Shown: piece by piece, positions 47,506-59,866 of the stretch
How positions within the stretch are numbered: position 1 is the first letter of the stretch
How the letters are laid out: every line of letters begins with the position of its first letter
Source of the DNA: Takakia lepidozioides
Lineage: Eukaryota > Plantae > Bryophyta
Assembly: GCA_030704615.1 (NCBI GenBank)
Contig: CM060731.1
Location: 80,786,001 to 80,850,000 of the forward strand
DNA: 64,000 bases
Direction of reading: 5' to 3'
The notes under the pieces: generated by a model
Told to the model about the DNA's origin: nothing
The model's database searches: none
Seen by the model: the letters and a program-made list of their open reading frames with translations, nothing else
Made by a program: the position numbers and the translations under genes

Positions 47506-48567
47506 ATGGGGTTGACGGTGCATGCAGGGCGACATTGCTTCCAAGGTGTCAGTGTGCAGATACATGAGTGCTGCAAGGCTGGACTCGAGTTTTCCTGCTA
47601 TGGCTGTCAACGGCAAGCAGCCATCGGGTTCTCGTCGTATGCCGACCGCGATAGCATCAAATATGAGGATATTTACAACATAGATAATCTTCGGGCTGGC
47701 TACAACAGATTGAAGGCAACTGCATCTCCTGGAATCGACGGGAGAGCAAGAGCAGAAATGACGGAGAAGGGCCTTGAGAACCTATCTAAAGAGTTGAGAA
47801 GGCAGACTTATGCACCAAAGCCGTCCCAAAGAATCACGATTCCTACTCCGGATGGCGGTAGGCCTGTTTCTGTGGCTTCAATGGTTGACAAGGTTGTGCT
47901 ATCCACCTTGAAAGGGCTGGTGGAACCAGTAGTTGAGCCGACTTTCAGAGAATCAAGCCATGGTTTTCGTCCTGGAAGAAGCTGTCATACAGCTCTCCGA
48001 GAGCTCCGGCACTCGTGGATGGCAATTACTTGGCTTGTTCAGATCGATATTGAAAAACAGTTTGACAAGGTTCACCACAGTTTGCTTCTGAAGCAAATGT
48101 CGCAAGTGCTGCCATCGAAATCCCTACAGGATCTTATGCGAAAGCTACTGAACGCAGGCTACGTCGATTTACACAACCTGTCAGATTGCACACAGTACAA
48201 CAGAGGGGCTCTAATGGGCTCTATTATATCCCCGTTGTGTGCAAATATTTTCTTGCATGACTTGGACTGCTATGTTGAGTCTGATCTGACACCTGAGTAT
48301 AATGTAGGCGACCTGCGCCTCCTTATGTCGGGGAGCCCTAGCTGCCAAGCAGACGAAGGGTTCAAAAGACTGAAGTACCTCCGATATGCAGATAGCATCA
48401 TGTTAGGGGTTAAGGGGAGTAAACAAGATGCCTTAAACATGAGGGGGGCCGTGCAAAGTTTCTTGAAGAAAGAACTGAGGTTGAATATAATTGAGGACAA
48501 AAGTCTAGTACTCAATGCGAGGTCTGAAATGGCCAAATTTTTAGGAGCGCTAGTAGCATTTTCCTGA
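47506..48567 (+). CDS. Nuclear group II intron maturase/RT-like protein (RT0-RT7 only, catalytically degenerate, no domain X or endonuclease)
   Basis: RT0 YNIDNLRAGYNRLK..SPGIDG; RT1 YAPKPSQRITIPTPDGGRP; RT2 EPTFRESSHGFRPGRSCHTAL; RT3 WLVQIDIEKQFDKVHH; RT4 GALMGSIISPLCANIFLHDLD; RT5 YLRYADS; RT6 ELRLNIIEDKS; RT7 KFLG, then a stop. The first ATG in the open frame is at 47506; the true start is uncertain (ATG 47425 lies upstream of an in-frame TGA). Confidence 0.9.
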   Translation: MGLTVHAGRHCFQGVSVQIHECCKAGLEFSCYGCQRQAAIGFSSYADRDSIKYEDIYNIDNLRAGYNRLKATASPGIDGRARAEMTEKGLENLSKELRRQTYAPKPSQRITIPTPDGGRPVSVASMVDKVVLSTLKGLVEPVVEPTFRESSHGFRPGRSCHTALRELRHSWMAITWLVQIDIEKQFDKVHHSLLLKQMSQVLPSKSLQDLMRKLLNAGYVDLHNLSDCTQYNRGALMGSIISPLCANIFLHDLDCYVESDLTPEYNVGDLRLLMSGSPSCQADEGFKRLKYLRYADSIMLGVKGSKQDALNMRGAVQSFLKKELRLNIIEDKSLVLNARSEMAKFLGALVAFS

Positions 48568-50304
48568 GGAGTCCCAGTTCGGAGCAATTTCATGTTTACA
48601 ACAACACCAGTAGTGTCCAAAAATGACTCGCAGCAATCAAGCAACAAACCTATTGCTCAGGTAACTCATCCCTCTGTCCTCTGCTATTGATCTCTCTGGA
48701 TCCTTTCTCTGCAGCCTATTCCAATTTCTTATGGAGTTACTATTATACAAAGACCATAAATGTTTCAAGAGCATACAAACTCTTGGTATAAATGCCTGTC
48801 CTATAATGGCACTTGTGAAATATCCCCTTCTGCTCTCCTATTGTTGTTCTTGTTTGTTATGATCTTTATTTCTCTTCCTATGTCTTTCTTTGCAGGATGA
48901 CATGTTTACCTGCAGAGGATTGTGAAAATAAGCGGTAATGTCAGAATGGGCAACTTGTATACTGGTATGCGAGGCAGCGCCTTGGTGCAGACACTTTCCT
49001 TTGTTGACTGAGATATCTGACAACTTACCATGTCATTTGGTCTGTGCCCAGGTCAGACAAGGATTTGGCTACAAGGCCACTGCTTGGCATTGACGTATGT
49101 ACTATGTGGTGACATTAAAAGAGGGATATATCTTACCCACACCTGCTGTTTTCCGATCCTTGGTGGTAGGTCATTTTCTATTTCATTGGTATCTATTAAC
49201 GTTGGTGTCCACTTACAGTTCTGTCAAGCTAGTTGTGTTCTGAGTGGCAATGGCATTTTTCCATGTCTAAGTGAATTCAGTTTGGTCCATTTCAGAACTA
49301 TGCTGTATGGCAGGCTGAGTGGACGGTGTTGTTGCATTCATGTTTTCTTTGTTTCATAAAAGGCATGTGTTATTGCATCTACAACTCCCATCCATCATCT
49401 CAAGGTTTCGACTGTTCCCTATTGCACTCATATATGTGATGGCACTGATGGGATGGCTCAACCTTTTGTTAGCTGTAGTGTTTTGCTAACCAAATGCTAG
49501 ATTTTCATATCTGACAGTAAGTTTTTGTAAAACAGGAGCCATAGCTCTTTCTGCCTTTTTCTGAGAGAGCTTCATGCCATATCCTATGAAGAAATGACCA
49601 TTGTAATGTCCAGATTGAGTTAATATCAGGCTGATAGGAGCAAGGGGTGGTCAATTTAAACCTGCAGATACACACTGTCTACCCTGCAGACCCTTGAGGT
49701 GGTCATGGTTGAGATTTTATGAAGGTATGGGTTGGTGTAGGTTCCCACTCTTAACTCTTAATTGTGTGTTCTACTTGCAGGAAGTGAGTGGGCAGGAGAT
49801 ACAAGTTGTTGGGCATTTTAGGAATACTTGGATATCTCTGTAAGTAGATCTTTGGCATTGAAACTTAAGAGGATGTCCTTTAGAGACTCATTTTCCGAAT
49901 TCCTACATCCATCCAAAAGGCTCAGCATGGCGAAGCTGCTCTAATGGAAGTCCGTGCTGTGTAATATTCTTCTGGTTTCATTCTCGTTATGGACTCTCTT
50001 TCTTGCTGTTGGAGCTGCTGCACCCCTCTCTTCTGAAAAAATCTTCTATCAACCTTTCATCAACCTGTCATACTAAGAGATGGAAGGGATGAATTCTCAT
50101 GGCAAGATAGGGATATTCTACACAGGCAACCTGGGCAATCTGGGGTCCCTGTCTGATTATTTACATTAAAAGATAGCATTTGCGTAAGGATGTGGTGGGG
50201 GTATCTTGTGGTTGGAACATTGGAACATCCAATGCCAGTAATGTGGTCTTGACTTCATCTTTGTTGAGGTGCATTTTTTGTGATTATGAAGATAATCACC
50301 ACCA

Positions 50305-50375
50305 GTCAGTGGCTCAGTTGGAGTAGAGCCCTTTACTGCCACCAGGTGATTTTGGATTCAAATCCTGCTACTAGC
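50305..50375 (+). mobile_element. tRNA-derived SINE head / tRNA-like remnant
   Basis: A box TGGCTCAGTTGG and B-box-like GGATTCAAATCC; no valid cloverleaf. Confidence 0.5.
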
Positions 50376-50733
50376 TTCTTTGCTTGACTTTTATTTTTTG
50401 AACGCCTTGGGGTACATATTTTGGCTTGTCTGTAAGGAAGAGAAAGATTTCACTAAAATTTCAAAACATAGATCGTTGGCTGGGGCTTCAACGAGCTTAT
50501 TTTTAGAGTAGTTTTGCAATTTTTCTGATGTGTGGACATTCTTGTTTGGCCATAGTATCTTCAAAGTATAGCCAAGAATATACCAAATATCCCCTTGTGA
50601 GCACACATGTGACCATGCACATATGCTACTCCCATTGGGCTATCTATTGGATGTCAAACTCATGTAACATACTAAAACCTTGAAAAATGGGAGGTGGGGA
50701 GCAAAAGGAAGGGACCTTCAAGGCCACCATTTG

Positions 50734-50957
50734 GGCCATACCGTAAAATCTCCTACACGAAACTTAAAACTCCTACCAGATGTCTAGTACCTTATGATGT
50801 GAAGTTGGCAAATTTTCGACTACTGATCGCGACAAAAGAAAGTGGCCATACCATCAAATCTCCTACACGAAACTTAAACTCCTACCAGATGTCTAGCACC
50901 TTATGATGTGAAGTTGGCATATTTTCGACTACTGATTGCGACAAAAGAAAGTGGCCA
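50734..50957. repeat. Tandem duplication, ~110-bp unit x2
   Basis: GGCCATACC..AAATCTCCTACACGAAACTTAAA...GACAAAAGAAAGT occurs at both 50734 and 50844. Confidence 0.9.
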
Positions 50958-51114
50958 CTAATCTCCCCTACTACTATAAGCTGGCATTCTTCATCTATGT
51001 AGTCTTTCACAACCTTCTAAATAGTGCAGCAATGTCAACTTCAGTATCCCTGCTCATATGCCTGCTGCATTCCGTCTTATTGTTGCTTTGACAATTACTC
51101 TAATTGAGGCAATT

Positions 51115-51975
51115 CTCTAAATGTGGCTGTTCGGGGTGAGTTTGGCATTCTATCCTTAAGCTCCCGACAGATGAATTCAAGGTCAGATGGTGGGGTCAGC
51201 TGCAACATATGCCCAACACCAGATATCCTAAGTTAATTGACTCTATATCTTGGAAACAGAACCGCCCTGTCAAACAGGCTAAGTCCTGGCAGAAGAGAGT
51301 AGAAGAGATTCTCAAGGACCTGGACCTGGATCTGCAAGTCTTGACCCTGCTGGATAAATCTGACTTGGAGGCTGTAGTGTCCAAAGCCATGTCTGTTGCC
51401 ATGAGATTGTCTGATGAAAATGAAGTTAGGCAGAAAACTTTCCTGAACTTGTTTCCAGTCAGTGAGGACATCTTGGATGACCTCAAGGGTCTACCCACTC
51501 TCGGCACTATACTGAAATTTAAACTCAGGGCAGGAAGCCTACCTTTGAACAGCAAACAGAAGCAGAGAGGAAAGGGAGAGTGCAATGCCCGTTGTGTGGG
51601 CAATCTGAAGACAGTATTCATTTTCTGATACACTGTCCGGGGTTCTCTCACCAAAGAGACGCTCTCTTCAACTCTATCAAGGGAATTGTGCATGTACCCC
51701 TGTTTACCAACTTTGAAAGTCTCGAGGCTGAGCCAAAAGCCCAGGCCCTCCTGAGGCCTAGTTTTTGGGCAAATCACACACAGCAGATTGATGCTGTGTG
51801 AAGGGATTTCTAGAGGATATCTGGAAAACCCGGATTAATTCTTTATATGAAGGTAAGTCTTACTACCAACGTCAGCCCCTGACAGAGGTAGGTTCTGTTC
51901 CTTCTGTTCCCGCTCAAACTGGGCGCGGGGTCAATGGCCACAAGGCTACGGCAAAACAACGTCTTATGAGTACAA
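51115..51975 (+). mobile_element. 5'-truncated non-LTR retrotransposon (LINE) ORF2 C-terminus with a CCHC finger (RTEX-like, clade tentative)
   Basis: 16-bp TSD TCTAATTGAGGCAATT (51099-51114 / 51976-51991); frameshifted translation MPNTRYPK...KFKLRAGSLPLN...CPLCGQSEDSIHFLIHCP...FLEDIWKTR. Confidence 0.85.
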
Positions 51976-52196
51976 TCTAATTGAGGCAATTACGAGTACA
52001 TATTTTTCATCAGTGTCTCGATTCAATCAACAAGGAATCTGAGAAATGTGTAACAATGTCGGGGCATCTACCCTAGAATGCTTTCCTCTCTCAACTCTTA
52101 CCATCCTTGATAAATGACTTTACCCTTGCCCTTTGGACACCACTATTCAATCAATAAGAGGAATGCAGGCAAGACATTTGCTGCATTCTGCCATGG

Positions 52197-55100
52197 CTAA
52201 GCCGCCTCTTCGGCGACAGGGACTTCAACTGTTGGAGATTCTTCATTACAGGCCACGACTTCACTTGTTAATGCTTTCTCTGGCCCTGGGGATACTGCGT
52301 CCAATTCTTGGGTCCCTAGTACTGGAGGCATAGTATCCACTTTATAACGCAAACTCTGTCACCACACAAGGATTACTCAATTAAACAGATGACAACATCC
52401 ACCTAAGAACACAACAGAATTTTCCTTTCAAAGAACTCAGCCACCTTGAGCACCAGGAGGAAAATAAACAAAGCTGGTAGGGCAAAAATGCTGGACATCC
52501 ATGCAACCAGAATGTGACTAAGCTTCACCACAAAACAGCCACCCATCGAAGTCAGCAAGCCCTGGCCTGCCTTCAACCGTAACGCAATGATCTAAGGAAA
52601 CCCTAAGCTTTACTTGAGAATGCTGTATTGTGAAATTGTTACCTTCCGGTAAAAGGTTGAGTAGCTGTTATCCCATATCAGCTTGTAGCAGCCAACTGAT
52701 GGTGAATAAAAGTTTCCCTGCACCAGCCCATGACCAAGGTTACATAAAGCAGCTATGAAAGATACACAATATTATCATTGATGGCCATCCCTCTCAAGTA
52801 AGAACAGAGAATCTCTTACATTCTGTTGCCAAGGCTAGGAAAATCTTTCTAACCAGGTCGGTACTCTTTGAATATCAAACACATTTCAGAAGCTGACCTA
52901 AGACAAGGAACTGTCCTTAGAATGCATTGCAACACAAGTCACAAACTGAAAGCAGAAGCTTTTTATTGCTCATAATCTGGATGTGGAAGAGAGCTCAAAT
53001 GAACTGTGAGCCCCTTCAATGCATGCTGTCCTCTAGATAGCAGGTGTTACATATTCATTTCAGCATGTCAAAAACATTATGACGAGATCGCCAGGGTACA
53101 TAATAAAGTAGGCAAACATACCTGGTGTGCTTCATAGCGTTGGTAAGGAAGCATTGGCAACTTAGTTTTTGAGGCATCCACAAACTCCACACTGAAGCCC
53201 ACATCCTGAAGGCAACACAGCAGTAGTTCCAGATACAAATCAAATACATCTATAGTAATCTAACGACCCAGACATTTACCCTGTGGTAAGGCATCATTCA
53301 AAATAATGATATATTTTGCAATTACAGAATGACTCCATCTTGTCGTAAATGAACAAAACAACAGCTCCTCGTGAAGATGAACCCAAACTCCACACCTATT
53401 TGATCCATTGCTGGCTCTTCCACACAAGCTTATGCCAATGGGTGTTATACCAGTGAATGGTACAAAACCATCTGTCCAATGTCTAATTGGCTTGGCACAT
53501 ATATCAGATTGGTTGTTGGTATAGCCCAGAGCTATCACCAAAGCCAAGCATCACCAAGCAAGGTCTAATTTTGAAGCTGAAGAAACTGCCACTATAGAAA
53601 CTGCCATAAAAACAGAGAAGGCCACATATTTATCACAGGAAGTTGAGCAAAGAACTAAACAATTGGTAGTGAGAACTAGCAGTACCTTTCCGGCTGTTAA
53701 TCTGAAGTCCCAAGCAACCAAAGATCCTTCACAGTCCACTGTCATCAAGACCTGTAAGGGACAATCCACCATTGAGGTTTTCAAAAAACTGAAAAAAGCT
53801 AGGCAAGACTGTTCTGTTACATCCTCTACCACTTCTATGACAATTGCAGAAGCACCAAACTGCGTCCACTTTATCCTAAGGCGGACCTGCTAGAATCTCC
53901 AAGAGGCAATTCCAGTTTAAAAGTGAAAGACAATAATGAACATCCGTTCCAAATAGATTAAAACATAGCATGACCACTGAAGGAAATCCCACTTCAGTCG
54001 AAAGGAAGCTGAAAGCTAAAGGCACTGTCAGGGTGGATAGGGAGTAATGATCCCATAAAGTGTCTGCAACAATTTTTTACATATAAGATAGTACAATCTT
54101 CTCACCTCATGTGTCTTCCCCGCAGCAATAGTTGTCTCCTTAAAGTCATTGACTGCATCACTGTATTATTCCCCCAATACATAATATCATCAGGTGTTCC
54201 TTGCATAGCATTCCCGATATGGAGCAAGCAATTAACTGTTACAAAAGTTGACGTCACATTGGTTCTGCACTGGGAATCTTAGCATAACATCATCATGTCA
54301 CCATTGATTTTGAGACGGATGGAGCTTACCATCTAGGGCAAAAATCTTGAAGTAGCTAACACTCGAGCAACCAAAGCACACATTTGGTCACCATGTAGTG
54401 TGACAGAAGTAACAACAATAAGGAAGGGAAAAAGAACATACGCGCCATCTGCAATTCCGGCTTCCTCGCGAGATATAAGGAATGGAGAGTTCTCAAACAC
54501 CTCTCTGCAACCAAACCACTATACATGAGAAATGACTACATTGGGGTGAAGTGAGTAGAGGCACCCCTGAGCAACTGCCTCTAGTCACATTAACACATTG
54601 TGTGGCAAAGCTCAATGCACACCTGGGTGCAAGTATGCCACAATTCCAATCAATGGAAGAGAGAAATGAACTGCAGCATAAGGGGTTCCATAGTCTGAAG
54701 TGCAGCCTTTCAACCTCTACCTTCAGCATGTATCAGTCACCTGAGTAAGGACTATTACATCGTGTTATAGAAAACCAGCAGGTTCAGACCAGAGAGCTAT
54801 ACCCCATGAAAACGAGAAAACGCTTGAACTCCGAGGTATACACCTTCACCGACTGTTCCAGCAACCCTAAGAGCTCATGCGTCGGCCTGTTCTCGCCATA
54901 GTTCCAAACTACATGTGTCAGAATTAGGATGTAACTGTGGTCTGATTAAAGATCACACCTATGATACATCATATACAAGTATCCATGACTTAAGTGCACC
55001 TATCAATTCGAGAGAGGAGGGACGTACATAAGGGGTTCTTCAAAAGAGGACCACCAGAGTGCAACCAGGACACGAAGGTTAGTTACAAGGCCCGTGAGCT

Positions 55101-58100
55101 CGTAAAGGGGAGGTCCATAGCGCTCCCGCTGCACCTCCATTGGCCTGCAACACTCACACTAATGTCTACTCATATCACAGAAGTTGGATTCATAACAGTG
55201 GCCTCAGCTCCACCTAACTGCTGCTCATGCCAACTTCTCCTCAAAATGAAATCTACTCCACCCATATTAGGATTGTAATACTGAGTATTTGACACAGCTC
55301 TTAATAGTGTGCAAGACACAATGATACCTAGTTACATCAACATCTCTACTCTGCCAAATAACTGTCTTCCAGACACATAGTGAAGTTCTGTAGCTGGCAA
55401 CAGGTGATGTCCTGAGACTGGAGTTCTGTGGCCTGAATTTCTTAAAGAACATGACCATGGGAAATAGCAAGCAGTGACTACTTCCAACGACACCCACAAC
55501 AACCAGACGAGCTACACTTCTGGGTCTCCACAGCATGCACCCAGGAATCAAACAGAGCACCAACAAAACCTAAAGGTTCCAAAGATTTTTGCATAGATAC
55601 AAGACCTTTGTGAATTTACATACCCATGGTCCTCATTGATCTGACAGACAAAGTCCAGCAGTACCTGTAACCCAGGATGCAAGTGTATCCCCCACCCAAC
55701 ACACTTAGTGCTGATTGACATGTACCAATTCGTTAGGAACACTTTCTGGGGTAAGAGGAAGGAGAACTATCTCCAAGATGGACCCACATGTGCAATTGGG
55801 TGGAACATCTGCAGGATATTAAAACCCCCTATACATCTTAATGGACACTCCATCTGAAGATTGATTTACCTGCGGCACACCGACAAACCACTTGACAAGA
55901 GTTTTAAAAACGCCACTTGCTGCACCTAGCTGTGCCAATTGCATCCGTCTGACATCCACCCACATAGAGAATCACTAACTGGAAGGCAGAACACTAAACC
56001 ACCAAGAAGGGACTGAAAACTCATTTGGCTGATGAAACCAAGTACGTCACTGGTCAATTGGACCTCAGGCCAAAGAGAACACCTTTCCATCTGTTGTTTC
56101 CATAGGAGGGAGTATTTGTCATGAATGCTGCCACCCGCAAGCATAAGGGCATCCACGTCAGCTTGGCGCCTCCTTTCCGACCGCTCACGTTGCTGCTTCA
56201 TAAGAGTACTCCGAAAATCCTGAGGCATATATGAGAGAACTGTTCCCATTCCATTTCAATAACTTTTCACTCTACAAAAAACTCTCAAATTTAAAAAAAA
56301 ATCAACTCACTCACCACCCTTTGGGCCCATTCTCCCCCTTGCACACACACACGCTCTCCCTCTCTCTCGAGACATAGCATGAGACACAGAAACCTGCGAG
56401 CGCACTTGCTTCAACTCCATGTATACACATGTAAACACCAACTGGTTGACAAGCCCACGTAGGAGTTGGTGCAATCAGCACCCAAAAAGAGCAAGGCATA
56501 CACAGTAACTCTGGCATGCACACATCGACTAAAGATTCAAGCTTTAACAATGCATGAATCCATACCCATATTGAATATCCGTTCACCACTTGATGTCTGG
56601 AATGCTGTCATTGCCATGAACAAACTTTCCATCATCTCCTCCAACTTTCCCAGGCTGGGAGCCACTGACTCAAGCAATGGTGTGTCCGGAGCTTTAAGCT
56701 GGCCAAAGCCACCCAAAGTGATACGGATACAGCAGATAAGAACGTGCAGCAGATGCCGTAGCTGTGGTAAGGGTCATGTAGCCAGGGTATTTACGTCCTC
56801 TCTAAGAAGCAGTTGACTTGTCCAAGATTGAATGGGTCCAGCAGCAATCCACAAAAAAATTGGCACTTTTCATCATGGTGTCTCTGCCTTCAATTTGGAA
56901 CAGCTTACATTATCATGAAAACAAATGTATGCAATATACACATCCGGAATAATAGTTTTACTTTCAGCAAGGTAGAGTGACTCACAGAGGAAGGCCAATT
57001 CTCCTTATTGAACAAAAATAGAATCTCTTCAACTTGTTCTCGGTTTCTCCAGGTGTTCTCATCAATCTTATGAGGCAGAGAGAAATTCAATAGTGTGATT
57101 AACTCCTCATCTGAGCACCCACATCAAGGTCCCCAGTCAGCAATCAAGTAAACATGGCTAGCCTTACACTACTGTTATGCCACATGTACCTTCCATGCAG
57201 GCTACATAGCTTGACACACTAAGACCCTGGCCACACCAAAATTTAGCTTAACACTTCTTCCCCTGCCCCCCTGCCCATTTTCCCTCTGTGTTCCTATGCC
57301 ATAGTCAAAGGGGCAGGTGAGGAGACATATGCAAGGGGCAGCTGCCCGAAAATTGTGTGCCAGTTCAGATTTAGCACTAGGGTGGGGATACTGCTAAATT
57401 CCGCCCTAAACTATGAAGGAAATCTTTAGTGTAGATAGCAGTAGTTAGAGCTAAAATATCTGGAGCAGGGCAGTGTGGCCGAAAATTTCTGGCTAGCACT
57501 AGTTATCATTAGCACACCATGCCTTAGCAGGGTGGTGCGGCCGGGGCCTAAGAGAGCTCCTCTGACCCATTTCCATGCCATAAGCACTGCTAATGCTGAG
57601 AGCCCACACCTGGGGGACAAGGCAAAGACTAGGGGACAATTTTTTCTTAGGAAAAACGAGTCACAATAAAGAGCCAACAGGCAGTGGCATTCGTTCTTCA
57701 AACAAGCAAGAGATACGAGATGAAATTATATTTTGAGAGATGCGATGTGAACCCTAACGAACTTTGGGTACTTGGCTCAAGAAGAAGCAACTCCCAGAAA
57801 GCACATATTGAGGGCCTTTGCACTTGAGTGACAAGGGTCCCAAACTTTCAACACAAATCAACTTCATTGCCAAAGCTGTCACAACCTCGCCCTGCATTCC
57901 AACAACCACGAGGAACTAGCAAGCACTAGCAGAGATCGTTTATGGAGAAGTGGGATCCCTACCCATACCCAATATCCAGAGACAAGGTCTCCACAGAGTA
58001 TTCCCAACTGGTAGACTATGGCCCTAAACATCCTTTTGATCACAAGCGTAAGATCTGATTGCGAGTGAGCACCCACGTTACACTTAGCACCCTGGTGCAG

Positions 58101-58590
58101 AAGTCTGCAGCAGGACAGGATCCAAACACTCCATCTGTGTTCTAATAGAACCATTCTATCACACCATGGCAAATTGATCTACAGAAGCACATCTAGGCCG
58201 CATTCAGATGTCCAATCCTTATAACAACACCGCCCCCTTCCGACTGCACTTTCTTACGCACCACACGCATATCTGTCCCCACAAAATCTCCAAGCCTCCA
58301 GCACATGAAGATCTGGACCCTTCGTGACGTCCTATCGTAACTGAGAATTTCATAATTGAAGTGATGAGCAGCGAGCCAAGCTAAAGAGAGGTCGAAATAA
58401 CGGATGAACCAACATCAACGAGAAAAAAAGGTGGGTTACCTGGCCTTTCTGCATGTATACGAAGGGCGTGTTCCTTGAGCGAGCTTGAAAGGGAGGCGAC
58501 TTCCGGTGCAAGCGGAGGGAACGGATACTTGTCATAAAACTTGGCCAAAAACGCTCGCGTGATGGGAACCAGTCCTGTTGTGGATGCCAT
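52197..58590 (-). CDS. At5g01010-like GOLD-domain protein, 14 coding exons
   Basis: Exons: 58590-58440, 57110-56986, 56698-56566, 56239-56083, 55948-55870, 55664-55624, 55144-55028, 54886-54803, 54504-54442, 54160-54106, 53751-53686, 53205-53122, 52717-52643, 52355-52197. Motifs: MASTTGLVPITRAFLAKFYDKYPF, PHKIDENTWRNREQVEEI, YMPQDFR..LMKQQRERSERRRQA, and GOLD AWDFRL..GKDVGFSVEF...GCYKLIWDNSYSTFYRKSLRYKVD. Confidence 0.92.
57223..57548. mobile_element. PIF/Harbinger (Tourist-like) MITE in intron 1 of the GOLD gene
   Basis: TAA on both sides (57220-57222, 57549-57551); TIR GACCCTGGCCACACC versus the reverse-complemented right end GGCCCCGGCCGCACC (12/15). Confidence 0.7.
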
Positions 58591-59866
58591 GGGCCTCGAG
58601 CTCCTACGCGCTCTCCCTTTATCACATGAAGCGGGTTTGTTTCCAAATCACACAACACGAAAGGACTCCTCGCAAAATAACTTCAGAATTGCAAAACACT
58701 GAGGAGACTAGAGCTGGCCCAAAAGAGAGAACTTCCAGGAAGAACAAAGAGGGACGATGTTCAGGACAGCAACATAGAATTGAGAAGCAAATGGAGGGAA
58801 GGGACTCAACGCAAGCCCTCTAATACTAATGATAAAAGCCCAACAATTCCAATGATGTCCAAAATCTGGGCTTAGAGAATGAGAGAGACAGCGATAGGGA
58901 GACACGCAGTCTGGGATCCAGCCCTCCCTCCTTTGCTGTAGCCTGGCTTTTACCTGGATGGCAGACTGTTTTTCACAGCCAGGGGGAGATGACCCATATG
59001 TTTTATAATTCAAAGGAAAGAAAGGGGATCATCCAACGCATCTTCCTGGTATCACTTGCAAACATTCCTGTTGAATTTGGACGGGACCCCGAATGTCACC
59101 TTTTTGGAAAAGGGCGATCTGGGAAGGAATGGGAAAAAGATTTAGAAGTGTCACGCCCAAGGCCTCCTCCTTCTTCCTCTTCTACCTCAATCCTTCTCTG
59201 ATCCCTGGTGGGTCTCAGAAAGGGGCAGATCAATCCAGCTCTTGGGGAAGGGATCGACTTTGCAAGGTGTTGAGTAGCGGGAAACAAGCTGGGAAAGATT
59301 GCATTGTACTCCTGGAAAGCCCAGGATAGGCAATCTGCGGAGGTTTAGGGTTTGTGGATCAAAGGGCTAGCGTCCGCATTAGTGCAGCCCGAAGGTTTGG
59401 CGCACGATGGCAGGGAAGGATAGTGATGATGAGCTGCACGTTGACGGACTGAGTTGTGATGGAATGAGAATAATGAGAGCGAAGGGGGAGATTGTTTGGA
59501 AGCTGCTGTGATCAAGGAAATCGCATGGAAATTGTGGGGTGGACTTTACTACTATTTAGGTCATGTTTTTCTAAGTAGTCGCATTTGAGTCTGTGCCAAC
59601 TTTGGCTCCACTTCCAAGTCTAATTACATGTATCCCAATTCATTTGGGGAGTTTGGGAAGGTCGGAAAACCGGACACACGGTCGGAACAGCCAATCACGT
59701 GAGATCGCGGGGGGCTTGGAGAGGAAGGAAGTGGCTCGACTAGACGTAGACACGTGGACGCCTAGGCTATCATAGAAGTAGGAGGGTGGCCCTCCTTCTG
59801 CTTATAGAGCTTTCCGGAGGATGAGGCCATGGGCCCCTTCTAGAAGGCTCCACCACCGCCTTAAGA

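Noticed and set aside
47506-48567. Intact mobile group II intron, retron or bacterial contaminant RT
   Set aside because: No intron domain V/VI or msr-msd RNA is visible, YADD is mutated, and the ORF is embedded among spliceosomal genes with spliceosomal signals downstream.
50305-50375. Functional tRNA gene
   Set aside because: A and B boxes are present but the acceptor and anticodon stems do not pair, so it is called a SINE head. The same applies to 43113-43190 and 59960-60037.
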